A stretch of 63,767 bases of DNA, the filler included, from Octopus bimaculoides (Eukaryota), in the NCBI RefSeq assembly GCF_001194135.2. It is 7 parts of 7 records of this genome, joined end to end, with 100 filler letters (N's around TTAATTAATTAA, not from the genome) between each part and the next. Parts side by side here need not be neighbours in the genome. Positions count along the whole stretch, not along the records: positions 62,111 to 63,767 come from NC_068982.1; 6 more parts are not named here. One strand, written 5' to 3'. Under the pieces are notes generated by a model that had not been told where the DNA came from, searched no databases, and was given only the letters and a program-made list of their open reading frames with translations. Each line of letters begins with the position of its first letter. Within the stretch, counting starts at the first letter, position 1. This document shows positions 63,110 through 63,767 of this stretch, piece after piece. The translations under genes were made by a program, and so were the position numbers.

Positions 63110-63290
63110 CAATTGCTGGATCTTCCAGAAATAACAACCAAATCTCTCTTAAATTACGCTCTACCCCACTAAAAAAAACCCAAGGGAACGAGACATTGGA
63201 TAATGTTACCTTATATACAGTGTCTAAAAATATGAAGGCGTGCCACGGCTGGGTTGCCTTTGGTCATCGATCTGCTTTGAGAAGAATCAA
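63110..63290 (+). mobile_element. Dispersed repeat family D
   Basis: agaaataacaaccaaatctctcttaaat...ataatgt...gcctttggtcat matches the other D copies. Confidence 0.6.
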
Positions 63291-63683
63291 TTTAGTTAAG
63301 CATTGGAATACACTATTTTGATCGTGATAATGTTATCAAAATGGATCCCAAACACTTTGTTGAGAATCGATTTAAAAAAATGTTCGTTTATTAGAATCAA
63401 AGCTCCGAAAATTGTTATCACAATTTTCAAATAAGTCTCTACACAGTCACTGTAATCGCAACAGTGATCAAAAGAAAAGTGCTTTGGCTACAGAGACGTG
63501 GAAGTGGTACGGTAGTGGTGGCGGTGGTGGTGGTGGTGGCAGTGGTGTTCATGGTGGTGGTGGTTGTGGTTATGGTGATGGTAGAATTGCATTGGTGTTG
63601 GAAGTGGAGGAGATACTAGTGAACAGCGATTGTAGACGTGACTTCCAATATTAGTGTGTGTGCGCGCGTGCGAGCGTGCATAT

Positions 63684-63714
<31 letters not shown>

Positions 63715-63767
63715 ATAAAAAAATTATAACAAATTGTAATAAATAACGCAGTTTCTCTCTAATCACA

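Noticed and set aside
62935-63321. 128-aa ORF
   Set aside because: Its second half is a family D repeat copy, with no recognisable domain or splice support.

Overview
Repeat-saturated eukaryotic (animal) genomic DNA: AT-rich, dense in (TA)n/(CA)n/(CT)n/(TATC)n/(AAT)n microsatellites, with many N gaps and a synthetic N44-TTAATTAATTAA-N44 scaffolding spacer six times. The SINE families and composition resemble what I know of octopus (coleoid cephalopod) genomes; this is inference, not a database result. I found no supportable host protein-coding gene, tRNA/rRNA gene, CRISPR array or prokaryotic system. Almost every ORF in the supplied track is a microsatellite or gap artefact. Manual translation does recover many decayed transposable elements: two Penelope-like (PLE) pieces, an L1/Tx1 LINE split by a solo-LTR-like insert, three RTE LINE fragments, two R4/Dong-like pieces, an internally deleted Gypsy element with an exact 5-bp TSD, two mariner remnants, a non-autonomous Helitron, fold-back/MITE hairpins, and about 40 SINE or SINE-like copies of four or five families (A, B, C, G and D are my working labels). 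The most interesting lead is a set of four minimal hammerhead-ribozyme-like motifs in PLE-type terminal repeats, three with a non-canonical C at core position 4. Hammerheads in PLEs are already known, so any novelty would lie in the variant core. I cannot claim a new biological system from this window. Boundaries without a TSD are approximate (about +/-10-20 bp).
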